Positions 1-9,948 of a DNA stretch of 64,000 nucleotides are shown in pieces (the first letter of the stretch is position 1; each line of letters begins with the position of its first letter). This DNA comes from an uncultured Gammaproteobacteria bacterium (GTDB lineage Bacteria > Patescibacteriota > Patescibacteriia > Magasanikbacterales > GWA2-37-8), in the NCBI GenBank assembly GCA_964355175.1, contig CAYHBZ010000002.1:119189-183188 (forward strand). Reading direction: 5' to 3'. Under the pieces are notes generated by a model. That model made no database searches, was not told where the DNA came from, and was given only the letters and a program-made list of their open reading frames with translations. Position numbers and translations under genes: made by a program.

Positions 1-85
1 TGGTAAGAATGTTACCCCGTGACGGCGTATTACATTTACTATATGTTCATAACTTTTTGTTTTCATTATAGATTTGGCAACCATA

Positions 86-355
86 TTAAAAATTGTTTAA
101 GGTTAAAGTATCGGAAATCCAAGAGCTGTTCCAAATAGTAATAAGTTGTTGCCAATCGGTGCCGATGAGTAAATTAAAAGTCAGAACAAAATTTCCAATC
201 ACAAAAAGCGCTACAAAGAGGGTAAAAACAAAGCTGGTAAAAGTGAGCATCCCGCTGTGATAAATGTGGCCAACATTGATGAAAGAAAAAATGGCGAATA
301 CCGCCAAGAAGGCGAAGTAAATGAAGAGTATTATGTACAACGGGATTGTGATCAT
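86..355 (-). CDS. small hypothetical membrane protein (89 aa)
   Basis: ORF with two to three hydrophobic helices and normal host GC; no family recognised. Confidence 0.35.
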   Translation of the reverse strand: MITIPLYIILFIYFAFLAVFAIFSFINVGHIYHSGMLTFTSFVFTLFVALFVIGNFVLTFNLLIGTDWQQLITIWNSSWISDTLTLNNF

Positions 356-396
356 AAAATATTATAAGTATTAATACTACCTCTACGCCCCTCCAG

Positions 397-1416
397 CTAT
401 AGTAAAGTCTGAATTTTAGGAGCCTCAAAACCTAGATGGACATACGCCGCCGGCGTGGCTTTGCGTCCACGCGGTGTGCGTTCTAGGAATCCAATTTGTA
501 ATAAGAATGGTTCATAGATATCTTCGATCGTATCCATTTCTTCGGCTATTGAAGCGGCCAAAGTATTAAGCCCCACTGGTCCGCCCTGGAATTTTTCTAT
601 CATGGTGGTGAGCAAGCGGCGATCGATTTCATCCAAGCCAAATTCATCTACCGCCAACATATTCATCGTGTCAGAAGCGATTTTTTTATTTATACTTTTT
701 TCATTTTGTACTTGCGCCATATCGCGGCTGCGTTTGAGGAGGCGGTTGGCGATACGAGGGGTGCGGCGCGCGCGACTGGATAGGAGAGTGGCGGCTTCTG
801 GTTCTAAATTTATTTCCAATATGCCGGCATTGCGTTGGATTATTTTTTCAATATCTTCTTGTTCATAAAAATTTAGATGAAAGACATGACCAAAGCGATC
901 GCGCAGTGGTCCGGGTAGTAGGCTCATCTTGGTAGTAGCGCCAATTAGGGTAAATTTTTCCAAAGGCATGCGAATAGTGCGGGCGGCTGGGCCTTGGCCG
1001 ATGATAATATCCAGAGCGTAGTCTTCCAGAGCCGGATATAGTACTTCGGCAATGGTTTTGTTGATACGGTGAATTTCGTCGATAAATAAAACATCACCTT
1101 TTTGAAGGTTGGATAATATGGCGGCCAGGTCGCCTACTTTTTCTAGAGTTGGACCGGAGGTCACTTTGATATTGGCGCCCATTTCGCGACTAATAATATG
1201 AGCTAGCGTCGTCTTGCCCAACCCTGGGTTACCATATAATAGTATATGTTCTAGCACATCTTCACGCTGTTTGGCGGCGGCAATAGAAACATTTAGGTTT
1301 TGTTTGATATTGGCTTGGCCGACAAAATCACCCAAATGGCTAGGCCGTAGAGTCATCTCAATAATATTTTCTTGCTCGGATACTTCTGAATTTACCAGTC
1401 TATTTTCTTCATCCAT
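397..1416 (-). CDS. ruvB: Holliday junction branch migration ATPase RuvB
   Basis: AAA+ Walker A GNPGLGKTTLA, Walker B VLFIDEIHR, sensor and arginine finger regions, and a C-terminal winged helix. Full-length similarity to RuvB. Confidence 0.95.
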   Translation of the reverse strand: MDEENRLVNSEVSEQENIIEMTLRPSHLGDFVGQANIKQNLNVSIAAAKQREDVLEHILLYGNPGLGKTTLAHIISREMGANIKVTSGPTLEKVGDLAAILSNLQKGDVLFIDEIHRINKTIAEVLYPALEDYALDIIIGQGPAARTIRMPLEKFTLIGATTKMSLLPGPLRDRFGHVFHLNFYEQEDIEKIIQRNAGILEINLEPEAATLLSSRARRTPRIANRLLKRSRDMAQVQNEKSINKKIASDTMNMLAVDEFGLDEIDRRLLTTMIEKFQGGPVGLNTLAASIAEEMDTIEDIYEPFLLQIGFLERTPRGRKATPAAYVHLGFEAPKIQTLL

Positions 1417-1547
1417 AGTGTTAACATTATACTATAGTAAGGTTGTGAAAGTCCAATAGTTGGCAGGGTATTTTTTGAGTGTGGATAACTTGTTCAAAAA
1501 CTGTTTTTAACTTGGGTTTTGGGCTATTTGGCAGTCATTTGACGATG

Positions 1548-1556
1548 TGGTATAAT
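1548..1556 (+). promoter_or_regulatory. extended -10 promoter element (TGgTATAAT) upstream of nrdJ
   Basis: The sequence TGGTATAAT lies ~145 nt upstream of the nrdJ start. There is no well-spaced -35, which is typical of extended -10 promoters. Confidence 0.35.
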
Positions 1557-1574
1557 AAGTTGGCTAAAATAATT

Positions 1575-1623
1575 ATTACTACATATTGTGTTAGACATGA
1601 TATACTAACACAATCAGTAGTGA
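1575..1623 (+). promoter_or_regulatory. inverted-repeat operator candidate (degenerate NrdR-box-like pair)
   Basis: CTACATATTGTGTTAG (1579-1594) and CTAACACAATCAGTAG (1605-1620) are 14/16 inverted repeats. Two ACAC..GTGT-like 16-mers have centres ~33 bp apart, just downstream of the putative -10. Confidence 0.35.
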
Positions 1624-1700
1624 TAAGTATCAGCCACAAAGAAATTAGATGCGGGTGGAATTTTGTGTCTTTCCACATTTAATTTTTTTAAACTTTTAAT

Positions 1701-4700
1701 ATGCAGACTGCTACTGCAACCAAGACTTTTAAAGTCGACGACGAGTTCAAGTACTCTCCAAAGGGATTACGCTTTCCCCGACATTATACCAAAGATGGCG
1801 TCAGCCCTTTTGATATGTTTACTTATGAGCTGCGCTCTTCAATAATTCGTCAAACAAGCGGACAAGTAATCTTTGAAATGCACGATGTGGAAGTTCCAAA
1901 GCAGTGGACTCAAGTAGCTACTGATATTTTGGCTCAGAAATATTTCCGCAAAGCCGGTGTACCTCAGTATGATGAAAATGGTGTGGCCAAAATGAAAGCT
2001 GACGGTACAGTAGAAACAGGTCCAGAAAAAAGTATGAAGCAGGTAGCGCATCGCTTGGCTGGTACTTGGCGCTATTGGGGAGAAAGATATGGTTATTTTG
2101 CCACCGCTTTGGATGCCCAGGTATTTTATGAAGAATTGGTCTACATGCTTATCAATCAAATGGTAGCTCCAAATTCTCCGCAGTGGTTTAATACTGGTTT
2201 GTATTGGGCTTATGGTATTAATGGTCCAGCTCAAGGTCATCACTATGTAGATCCAGACAATGGTATTCTTACTCGTTCCAAAGATTCTTATTCTCATCCT
2301 CAACCACACGCTTGTTTTATCCAATCTATTAAAGATGATTTGGTAAACGAAGGCGGTATTATGGATCTATGGGTGCGCGAAGCTCGCCTTTTTAAATATG
2401 GCAGTGGTACTGGTACTAATTTTTCTAATCTACGCGGTAACGGAGAAAAACTTTCTGGTGGTGGACGCAGTAGTGGTCTGATGAGCTGGCTCAAAATTGG
2501 AGACAGAGCCGCTGGTGCTATCAAGTCCGGTGGTACGACTCGTCGCGCTGCGAAAATGGTAATTTTAAATGTAGATCATCCAGATATCGAAGCCTTTATT
2601 GATTGGAAAGTAAAAGAAGAAGAAAAGGTAGCCGCTCTGATTGCGGCCGGATACGAAGGCGGATATGAAGGTGAAGCCTATCTCACCGTTTCTGGTCAAA
2701 ACTCGAACAATTCCGTGCGTGTTTCCCAAGACTTCATGGAAGCAGTAGTAAAAGACAATGGTTGGGAATTAAAAAATCGCACCGATGGTGGTGTGGCCAA
2801 AAAAATGAAAGCTCGTGATCTTTGGGATAAAATCGCGGTGGCCGCTTGGCGCTGTGCTGATCCGGGTGTGCAATTTGATACGAATGTAAATGACTGGCAC
2901 ACTTGTCCAGCTTCTGGTCGTATCAATGGCAGCAATCCTTGCAGTGAATATATGTTCCTCGATGATACTGCTTGTAATTTGGCGTCCATGAACTTGGCTC
3001 ATTATTATGATCCAGAAACTGCCACTTTTGATGTGGAAGGTTATAAATATACTACTCGCGCTTGGACTGTAGTACTTGAGCTTAGTGTATTGATGGCTCA
3101 ATTCCCAAGTGAAGAGATTGCTCAGATGAGTTTTGAATTCCGTACTCTTGGTTTGGGCTATGCTAATATTGGTAGCTTGCTAATGACCGCCGGTATTCCT
3201 TATGATTCGCCAGAGGCTTTGGCTTTTGCCGGTACTGTCACCGCTCTCATGACTGCTCAGTCTTATGAAACTTCCGCTGAGATGGCTAGCTACTTGGGTA
3301 CCTTTCTACGCTACGGAGAAAACCGCGAACACATGTTGCGTGTAATGCGCAACCACCGTCGCGCCGCTTTCAACGCCCATGAAGATGAATATGAAAGTCT
3401 GGCTATCAAACCAGTCGGTATTGATCCGCAGTATGCTCCGGCTTATTTGCTCGTAGCCGCTCGTGAAGCTTGGAATAAAGCCCTAGAGATGGGTGAAAAA
3501 TATGGTTACCGCAATGCTCAGACTACCTTGCTCGCTCCTACCGGTACTATTGGTCTGCTTATGGACTGTGCTACTACCGGTGTAGAACCAGATTTCGCTT
3601 TGGTGAAATTCAAAAAATTAGCTGGTGGCGGATATTTCAAAATTGTAAATGAAGCGGTGCCGGTGGCTCTAAAAACTTTGGGATATAATGAAAGTGAAGT
3701 AAGTGATATCGTAGATTACCTCAAAGGCCGTGCTACTCTCAAAGGTGCACCCGCAATTAATCCTCAGAGTTTGACTGCCAAAGGATTGACCGCGATTGAT
3801 TTGGAAAAAATTGAAAAATCATTGCTCAGCGCGTTTGAATTACAATTCGTATTCAACAACTGGACTTTGGGCGAAGAAACCATGGCTCGTCTTGGATTTA
3901 GCAGTGAGCAATATTTGGACCCAAATTTCAACTTCCTCAAAGCGATTGGTTTTAATGATGATGAACTCGAAATTGCTAATGAGTATGTTTGTGGCGCGAT
4001 GGCCATCGAAGGTGCTCCACATCTCAAGACCGAACATTACAAAGTATTTGATACCGCCAACAAAAATGGTAAAAAAGGCAAACGCTTTATTCACTATTTG
4101 GGCCACATCCGTATGATGGCCGCGGTACAACCTTTCTTGTCCGGTGCTATCAGTAAGACTATCAACATGCCAAATGAGGCCACTGTGGAAGATGTAAAAA
4201 TTGCTTATATGGCTTCCTGGAAATTGGCTCTCAAAGCTAATGCAATTTATCGCGATGGCTGTAAGATGTCTCAACCTTTGGCTTCTAAATCTGATTCTAA
4301 AAAAGATAAAGTAGAAGAAGTAAAAGTTGAAATGGTAGAAACAAAAACTGAAGTAATGAATGAAATCAAAACTTCTGAATCTACTGTTTCTGCTCACAAA
4401 ACTTTTTCACTTTCCAGTCAGGATCAGAGTGTGGTAAATCAGATGGTAAGTGAAGATCATGCTCAAATAAAATACGCACATGATGGCTCTAGCCAAGGAA
4501 CAAAAATTTATGTGCACGGAGAACAGCGTCAGATGCCGTACAAACGTAGCGGTCTCACTATCAAAGCCAAAGTAGCCGGACAGAAAATTTTCTTGCGCAC
4601 TGGTGAATATCCAGATGGCCGCCTCGGTGAAGTATTTATTGATATGTATCGTGAAGGCGCGGCTTTCCGTAGTATGCTAAATTTGTTTGCAATTTCTATT

Positions 4701-5204
4701 TCAACTGGTTTGCAATACGGTATACCGCTCGAAGAATATGTCGACAAATTTACTTTCACTCGCTTTGAACCAGCCGGCATGACCGATCATCCAAATGTTC
4801 GTTCTTGTACCTCTATTATTGATTTCATCTTCCGCGTACTTGGTATGGAATATTTGGGACGCACTGATTTTGTCCAAGTCAAACCAGATGGTATTCAAAA
4901 AAATCGCGCGCAGCAATTGGAAAAATTGTTTGCTGAAGCCAGAGGACAAAAAACTTTGACCTTTGATGATAATAAAATGGAAACTCAGATTGCTCAAGTT
5001 ACTGAAGTGGATGAAATTGTCACCAAGACAACCACAATAAAAAATACTGTTTCCACCGCCAATGCCGAAACTAGTGGAGCGGAAAAAATGTTGTCGTCGA
5101 TGATGGGCGACGCGCCACCATGTCCGACTTGTGGACATATCACCATTCGCAACGGTAGCTGCTATAAATGTCTGAATTGCGGTAGCACCACCGGTTGCTC
5201 TTAA
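1701..5204 (+). CDS. nrdJ: ribonucleoside-diphosphate/triphosphate reductase, class II (adenosylcobalamin-dependent)
   Basis: 1167 aa. Active-site region NPCSEYMFLDD..CNLASMNL, many RNR class II conserved blocks, and a C-terminal Zn-ribbon CPTCGH..CYKCLNCGS. Confidence 0.95.
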   Translation: MQTATATKTFKVDDEFKYSPKGLRFPRHYTKDGVSPFDMFTYELRSSIIRQTSGQVIFEMHDVEVPKQWTQVATDILAQKYFRKAGVPQYDENGVAKMKADGTVETGPEKSMKQVAHRLAGTWRYWGERYGYFATALDAQVFYEELVYMLINQMVAPNSPQWFNTGLYWAYGINGPAQGHHYVDPDNGILTRSKDSYSHPQPHACFIQSIKDDLVNEGGIMDLWVREARLFKYGSGTGTNFSNLRGNGEKLSGGGRSSGLMSWLKIGDRAAGAIKSGGTTRRAAKMVILNVDHPDIEAFIDWKVKEEEKVAALIAAGYEGGYEGEAYLTVSGQNSNNSVRVSQDFMEAVVKDNGWELKNRTDGGVAKKMKARDLWDKIAVAAWRCADPGVQFDTNVNDWHTCPASGRINGSNPCSEYMFLDDTACNLASMNLAHYYDPETATFDVEGYKYTTRAWTVVLELSVLMAQFPSEEIAQMSFEFRTLGLGYANIGSLLMTAGIPYDSPEALAFAGTVTALMTAQSYETSAEMASYLGTFLRYGENREHMLRVMRNHRRAAFNAHEDEYESLAIKPVGIDPQYAPAYLLVAAREAWNKALEMGEKYGYRNAQTTLLAPTGTIGLLMDCATTGVEPDFALVKFKKLAGGGYFKIVNEAVPVALKTLGYNESEVSDIVDYLKGRATLKGAPAINPQSLTAKGLTAIDLEKIEKSLLSAFELQFVFNNWTLGEETMARLGFSSEQYLDPNFNFLKAIGFNDDELEIANEYVCGAMAIEGAPHLKTEHYKVFDTANKNGKKGKRFIHYLGHIRMMAAVQPFLSGAISKTINMPNEATVEDVKIAYMASWKLALKANAIYRDGCKMSQPLASKSDSKKDKVEEVKVEMVETKTEVMNEIKTSESTVSAHKTFSLSSQDQSVVNQMVSEDHAQIKYAHDGSSQGTKIYVHGEQRQMPYKRSGLTIKAKVAGQKIFLRTGEYPDGRLGEVFIDMYREGAAFRSMLNLFAISISTGLQYGIPLEEYVDKFTFTRFEPAGMTDHPNVRSCTSIIDFIFRVLGMEYLGRTDFVQVKPDGIQKNRAQQLEKLFAEARGQKTLTFDDNKMETQIAQVTEVDEIVTKTTTIKNTVSTANAETSGAEKMLSSMMGDAPPCPTCGHITIRNGSCYKCLNCGSTTGCS

Positions 5205-5230
5205 ACTCACGGAAAAACGCTTGTAGTGGA

Positions 5231-5260
5231 TCCCCCGACTAAGTCGGGGGATTTTGTTTT
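5231..5260 (+). terminator. rho-independent terminator after nrdJ
   Basis: Hairpin TCCCCCGAC-TAA-GTCGGGGGA followed by TTTTGTTTT. Confidence 0.6.
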
Positions 5261-5314
5261 AGAATTTGCTTTCGTAAACTATTTTTGTTAAGATGAAAAT
5301 CTATACTAAAATCT

Positions 5315-5854
5315 ATGACTAAAATTTATACAAAAACCGGAGATAAAGGCGAAACCTCATTGCTGGGCGGTGTGCGCGTCAGTAAAGATTGTATTACCTT
5401 ACGAGTGGTCGGAGAAGTAGATGAGCTCAACTCGGTGCTTGGCCAAGTGGTTGCTCATTTATATGGTGAAGAACCAGCCGAATTTTTGGAAAAAATTCAG
5501 AGTGATTTGTTTAAAGTGGGAGCGGAGTTGGCATCTTTGCAGATGGTCATGAATTCAAAAATTTTAAAAGTAGAAGAGGAAGAAATAATAGAATTGGAAA
5601 AAACTATTGATGAATATACCGAGCAGTTGCCGGAATTAAAGAATTTTATTTTACCAGGCGGTATTATTGCCGGCGCTACACTGCACCACGCCCGCACTAT
5701 TTGTCGCAAAGCGGAGCGTGAGTTGGTTTCTTTGGGAAAAGAGCAGTCGGTGCGCGTTGAGCTGTATCAGTATTTCAATAGGTTGAGCGATTATTTATTT
5801 ACTGCGGCGCGATTTGTAAATGCCCAAAATGGCGTGGAAGAAACAATTGTTTAG
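5315..5854 (+). CDS. pduO: ATP:cob(I)alamin adenosyltransferase, PduO type
   Basis: N-terminal YTKTGDKGETSL motif and ~180 aa helical bundle typical of PduO/MMAB-type ATR. Confidence 0.85.
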   Translation: MTKIYTKTGDKGETSLLGGVRVSKDCITLRVVGEVDELNSVLGQVVAHLYGEEPAEFLEKIQSDLFKVGAELASLQMVMNSKILKVEEEEIIELEKTIDEYTEQLPELKNFILPGGIIAGATLHHARTICRKAERELVSLGKEQSVRVELYQYFNRLSDYLFTAARFVNAQNGVEETIV

Positions 5855-5868
5855 TAGAAATTATTCAC

Positions 5869-5903
5869 ACTTGACAGGGAGCATTTTAGCTTCTACAATG
5901 ACA
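5869..5903 (+). promoter_or_regulatory. sigma70-like promoter (TTGACA-17-TACAAT)
   Basis: TTGACAgggagcattttagcttcTACAAT lies ~170 nt upstream of tRNA-Leu. Confidence 0.35.
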
Positions 5904-6074
5904 ATACTTTTTTCTCTACAAAGCTGCGGTAGAACTGATGTATTAATCGGATCGGATTCTGAAAGCATTCTCTCTCTGGCTACTTTATGATTCGTTATCT
6001 AGTAGTCGCGTTTTCTAGATTTGATTCGCCAATTGAAACATGCAATTCTTCTCGCAGCTTTGTGGAGAAAATTT

Positions 6075-6155
6075 GCTCGGGTGGTGTAATGGTAGCCACA
6101 AGGGACTTAAAATCCCTCGCCGAAAGGCATGCGGGTTCGAGTCCCGCCCCGAGCA
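6075..6155 (+). tRNA. tRNA-Leu (anticodon TAA)
   Basis: Manual fold. Acceptor GCTCGGG/CCCGAGC, D-loop with GG, anticodon stem AGGGA/TCCCT with loop CTTAAAA, long variable arm CGCCGAAAGGCAT, and T-arm GCGGG-TTCGAGT-CCCGC. CCA is not encoded. Confidence 0.8.
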
Positions 6156-6162
6156 CAAGAGT

Positions 6163-6190
6163 AAAGTCACTTTAAAAAGTGACTTTTTTA
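6163..6190 (+). terminator. terminator hairpin after tRNA-Leu
   Basis: AAAGTCACTTT-AAAA-AGTGACTTTTTT. Confidence 0.5.
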
Positions 6191-6300
6191 TTTTAGGTTA
6201 AAGCCGCAGTAGCCACCATTATCAGCTATTTACAAATTTTTGAATTAGGAGTATACTTAAACAAGTATTTAATTAAACAAGTAATAAATTAATATAACTT

Positions 6301-6636
6301 ATGCTCAGTGAGAAAGAAATTCAAAAGAACCTCAAAATTCTCAATGATACCGATAAAAGTATGGCGGCGACATTTAAGGTGTTAAGCGATGTTAATCGTT
6401 ATCGAATTTTCCGTATCTTGGTAGAACAGCCAAGACTCTCTGTTAGTACTATTGCTCAGATTTTGAACATCTCTCTACCGCTAGCCTCACAGCATCTAAA
6501 AATTTTAGTACAGGCAAATCTTCTACAAAAGGTAAAAGATGGTAAAAAAGTTTTCCCTATAATTGAGCAAAGCAATCCTTTTGTTCCAGCCATTCTCAAG
6601 ACAATCAAACACGCGTATAAAATGCGAGTTAAATAA
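6301..6636 (+). CDS. ArsR/SmtB-family HTH transcriptional regulator
   Basis: Central winged-HTH RYRIFRIL..LSVSTIAQILNISLPLASQHLKIL typical of the ArsR family. Confidence 0.8.
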   Translation: MLSEKEIQKNLKILNDTDKSMAATFKVLSDVNRYRIFRILVEQPRLSVSTIAQILNISLPLASQHLKILVQANLLQKVKDGKKVFPIIEQSNPFVPAILKTIKHAYKMRVK

Positions 6637-6651
6637 AAATTAATAAAATAG

Positions 6652-7143
6652 ATGAAAAAAATAATTGTACCAGTAGTTATATCAGCGTTGGTAGTTTTTT
6701 TGATAGGTTATTTTCTATGGACAGCTGCTCCACGCCAAGTAGCAGTGCAAAATCCGGTCAAACAGCCATCGTCACAACCGATTCAAAATATTTATAAAAA
6801 TGAAACGCATAATTTTTCATTAATTTTTCCTCAAACATGGGATAATTATAATGTTGTTGAACAAACAAACGATGATTTTGATACTGTTTGCTTTAGTTTT
6901 AAACAGCCACAGCCGTTTTGTATATTTAGTATACTTAAATTAAACAACAATCAATGGGAACAAACAAAACTAAAACAAGAAAAAAATATTATATTAAAAA
7001 CTGAAACGTCTGTTTTTCTTTGTGATGGATGTTGCAAACAAAGTGATGATATGTCTGGCGGTGGTCAATTTAATGATTTTCATACCAAGAGATGTGGTGA
7101 GGCACCAGAGATTCTTGAAACATTTAAAATTATAAGTAGTTAG
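6652..7143 (+). CDS. hypothetical secreted/membrane-anchored protein
   Basis: N-terminal TM/signal segment and CxxC pair. No family recognised. Confidence 0.55.
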   Translation: MKKIIVPVVISALVVFLIGYFLWTAAPRQVAVQNPVKQPSSQPIQNIYKNETHNFSLIFPQTWDNYNVVEQTNDDFDTVCFSFKQPQPFCIFSILKLNNNQWEQTKLKQEKNIILKTETSVFLCDGCCKQSDDMSGGGQFNDFHTKRCGEAPEILETFKIISS

Positions 7144-7179
7144 TTGAGTAGCGCCGCATTTTATTTATTCTAAATTTAT

Positions 7180-8439
7180 ATGAAAAAAAATCTTATATTT
7201 GGCGTTATTGCAGTCGCTATCACTATTTTATTGGCTTATAGCATTCGGTTGGCTGTGCAAAAGAAAACAACTTCTCCGGCGCTAGCATCGCAGCAGTCAG
7301 CTCAGCCGATCGATTGTATTGATGAACCAGAAGGAAAACCGGTGATTACTTCGCTATCTGTTACTTCTAGCAAACAGGGGACAAACATAGAAATATTTGG
7401 TTGTAATTTTTCTGGATTTGAAGGAGATAAAAAAGCATGGATCGAAAATGAGAAAGGAATAAAAGGAATTTTCTTTGTTTATGATGGGTCAACTTCAAAG
7501 CATTTAAGAGTTACATTAGAAGAAAAACTTTGTCAGATTGATACGATGTATTCAGGCCTACCTTGTGATACTTGGCTTACCCTTGTTCCGGGAGTATATA
7601 AAATATTTGTGGATTCTTGGGGAAAAGCGAGTAATAAAATTGAATTTACCGTTGATCAATTAGTAAAAAAAAGCACTCCTATTACTTATTATATTCTCGA
7701 TAAAACAAATACTAATCAGACTTTTTGTAATGGAGCTGATATGGACAGCGTTGGTTTTAAGGCTGCTTTAACTAAAAAAATTGATATAAATGTTCCTGAT
7801 AATTTAACAACTGAAGAAAAAATTATCAAAACCCTCAGTTTGGCCGCCGCCGCGAATTCTTTTAATAAACCTTATACTCGTATTGAAGAAATTTCTTATA
7901 AAAATAATATTGTCTACATGGGGCCAAACGAAGGGTGGGCAGGTTCATCTATTTTTTATTGTGCTTGGAAGCCGTTTGTAGAAAAGAATTTGGAACAGTT
8001 TGTAGATGTAAAAGAAATTGTTTGGGATGCTTTTCCCGCGGTTTTACCCAAAAAAACAGTAAAAATATTTTTTAATAACACAAAATTTGATCCAGGTTTA
8101 ACAGATTGCTCTAAAGTATATTCGGTGAATCGTTTTATCGAGCCTACTTCGGCAGTAGCGCGCGCGGCCCTAGAAGAATTGTTCAAAGGGCCGACAGCTA
8201 ATGAAAAAAAAGTTGGTTACCTTAGTAATTTAAATAGTGGGGTAAAAATTCAAAAACTAACCATTGAAAATGGGATTGCCAAAGTGGATTTTTCCGCGGA
8301 ATTAGAAAAAAATGTAGGAGGATCTTGTCGGGTTGCGGCTATAGTTGCTCAAATTAAGGAAACTTTAAAACAATTTCCCACTGTTCAAGATGTTGTAATT
8401 TCAATCGACGGTCGCATTGAAGATATTTTACAACCGTAA
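7180..8439 (+). CDS. membrane-anchored protein with C-terminal GerMN-like domain
   Basis: N-terminal TM. C-terminal ~100 aa (AALEELFKGPT..GYLSNL..IAKVDFSAE..GGSCRVAAIVAQIKETLKQFPTVQDVVISIDG) matches the GerMN/Gmad2 pattern. Confidence 0.65.
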   Translation: MKKNLIFGVIAVAITILLAYSIRLAVQKKTTSPALASQQSAQPIDCIDEPEGKPVITSLSVTSSKQGTNIEIFGCNFSGFEGDKKAWIENEKGIKGIFFVYDGSTSKHLRVTLEEKLCQIDTMYSGLPCDTWLTLVPGVYKIFVDSWGKASNKIEFTVDQLVKKSTPITYYILDKTNTNQTFCNGADMDSVGFKAALTKKIDINVPDNLTTEEKIIKTLSLAAAANSFNKPYTRIEEISYKNNIVYMGPNEGWAGSSIFYCAWKPFVEKNLEQFVDVKEIVWDAFPAVLPKKTVKIFFNNTKFDPGLTDCSKVYSVNRFIEPTSAVARAALEELFKGPTANEKKVGYLSNLNSGVKIQKLTIENGIAKVDFSAELEKNVGGSCRVAAIVAQIKETLKQFPTVQDVVISIDGRIEDILQP

Positions 8440-8454
8440 TAAAAATAAAAAAGT

Positions 8455-9081
8455 ATGAATATCTTTAAAACCTTGAAAATTTTTGGTGTTATATTAGTAT
8501 TGATAATTTTATCCGGTGGAGCATCTTTCGTGTTTTCAAGTGATTTAAAAGATGATAGTGAGAGCTGTGTGCCTGTATTATATGCAGAACAAGATGCGGG
8601 AGGGAACAGCGCTTATTTGGCAAACGGTGTTGTGTCTTTGAATATTGGTCAATTTTTGGATGACACTTTGGGCTCAGGAAAAAAAAGGAAAAAGGTATCT
8701 CAATTTCAGCTAAATGGGCCTTGGAATAGTTGTGATATTTTAAAGGAAGTAACTGTGCATCATCTTGGGACAGGCGCTATTTCCGATATTGATAAAATAT
8801 ATATTACGGATGAGTCAATGAATATTCTCACTCCAATTCAAAATTTTTACGGTAATAGATCGGTCAAGCTGGTTCTAAAATCTCCGTATGTTATTGCGAA
8901 AAATTCATACAATAATTTTTTTGTTGTTATAAATACGGCAACGCAGTCGTCCACAGGCACACATCAGATCGCTATTTATCCTGACAATAATGGAGCGAGT
9001 GATTTTGTCCTTAGTTCAGTAGGACATATAGTGGCTGGAGCAGAAAATGTTATTTCCACTTCGTTTACCATCATTCCTTAA
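8455..9081 (+). CDS. hypothetical secreted protein
   Basis: N-terminal TM/signal. No family recognised. Confidence 0.55.
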   Translation: MNIFKTLKIFGVILVLIILSGGASFVFSSDLKDDSESCVPVLYAEQDAGGNSAYLANGVVSLNIGQFLDDTLGSGKKRKKVSQFQLNGPWNSCDILKEVTVHHLGTGAISDIDKIYITDESMNILTPIQNFYGNRSVKLVLKSPYVIAKNSYNNFFVVINTATQSSTGTHQIAIYPDNNGASDFVLSSVGHIVAGAENVISTSFTIIP

Positions 9082-9095
9082 AATATTAAGTATCT

Positions 9096-9893
9096 ATGAA
9101 AAAATTATTTTTTGCGTTTGTTGGATTAATTATTTTAACAGGAGCAGGTTGTAATAAGCAAGATTATCAAATACCACAAACCATATCTTCCACTAGTACT
9201 TATTTGTACAGCGATGATTACAATTCGCTTCAAGTAGACGTCAATGGTGACGGTAAGGAAGAGTTAATTACGCTTACAGTGAAACGTTTCGAAGGCTATG
9301 TGACTACCACTCTATATGTGAATGATCTCTCTGTAATTGTGCCTGGGTATGATCCAGCTGGATATTTTGGTATGGTAGATATTGATAGTCAAGATAATAT
9401 AAGAGAGATTGCGGTCATTGATGTTGGACCAAGCGATGATTATACAACCAATTTTTATTACTTCAACGGCACAAATTTATTGTTTATGGGTACTATTCCA
9501 TGGGTATATAAAGATATGACTTTTGATGGATTTGGCAAAATAATTACAAAAACTCGTGGTAAAATTTTGGATACATGGTTTTATGATGATGATTTCGTTA
9601 TTTCCAAAAATCACGAGCTTGTTCATGTGCCAAAAAATCTTTATGTCAGAGATACTACAGTAACGCTTTTAACTGCGCTGCCTCTACAGATATCTCCTTT
9701 AAATTCTAAAATAATTACCAATTTGAACAAAGGCGAGATCGCAAAAATTATTGGCTGTGATGATATAGCTTGGTGTGTTATAGAAAAATCCGATGGCGTT
9801 CACGGTTGGTTTGCAGTAGAAAATTTTGATATTGTGAAAGGTGTTGGGCTGCACGCCGGGGATGTTTTTTTGGGATTGTCTAATGCGGATTAG
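9096..9893 (+). CDS. putative lipoprotein (lipobox LTGAGC), possible C-terminal SH3b-like domain
   Basis: Signal peptide plus Cys. C-terminal IAKIIGCDDIAWCVIEKSDGVHGWF resembles SH3b. Confidence 0.55.
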   Translation: MKKLFFAFVGLIILTGAGCNKQDYQIPQTISSTSTYLYSDDYNSLQVDVNGDGKEELITLTVKRFEGYVTTTLYVNDLSVIVPGYDPAGYFGMVDIDSQDNIREIAVIDVGPSDDYTTNFYYFNGTNLLFMGTIPWVYKDMTFDGFGKIITKTRGKILDTWFYDDDFVISKNHELVHVPKNLYVRDTTVTLLTALPLQISPLNSKIITNLNKGEIAKIIGCDDIAWCVIEKSDGVHGWFAVENFDIVKGVGLHAGDVFLGLSNAD

Positions 9894-9948
9894 ATTATTG
9901 TGCTATCGTTTTTTTATTTTTTATCTAAAATTTTATAAAAAATGGATT

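Noticed and set aside
1417-1700. Cobalamin riboswitch upstream of nrdJ
   Set aside because: No B12-box-like GCCACTG or other conserved cobalamin riboswitch elements. The region is AT-rich with only the inverted repeat noted.
1701-5204. Possible intein inside the long (1167 aa) NrdJ
   Set aside because: No intein splicing motifs (Cys/Ser after the junction, HN/ending Asn blocks) were seen. The extra length is explained by the normal long-form NrdJ C-terminal domain and the Zn-ribbon.
5987-6175. 62-aa ORF overlapping tRNA-Leu
   Set aside because: Fully explained by the tRNA-Leu gene on the same strand.
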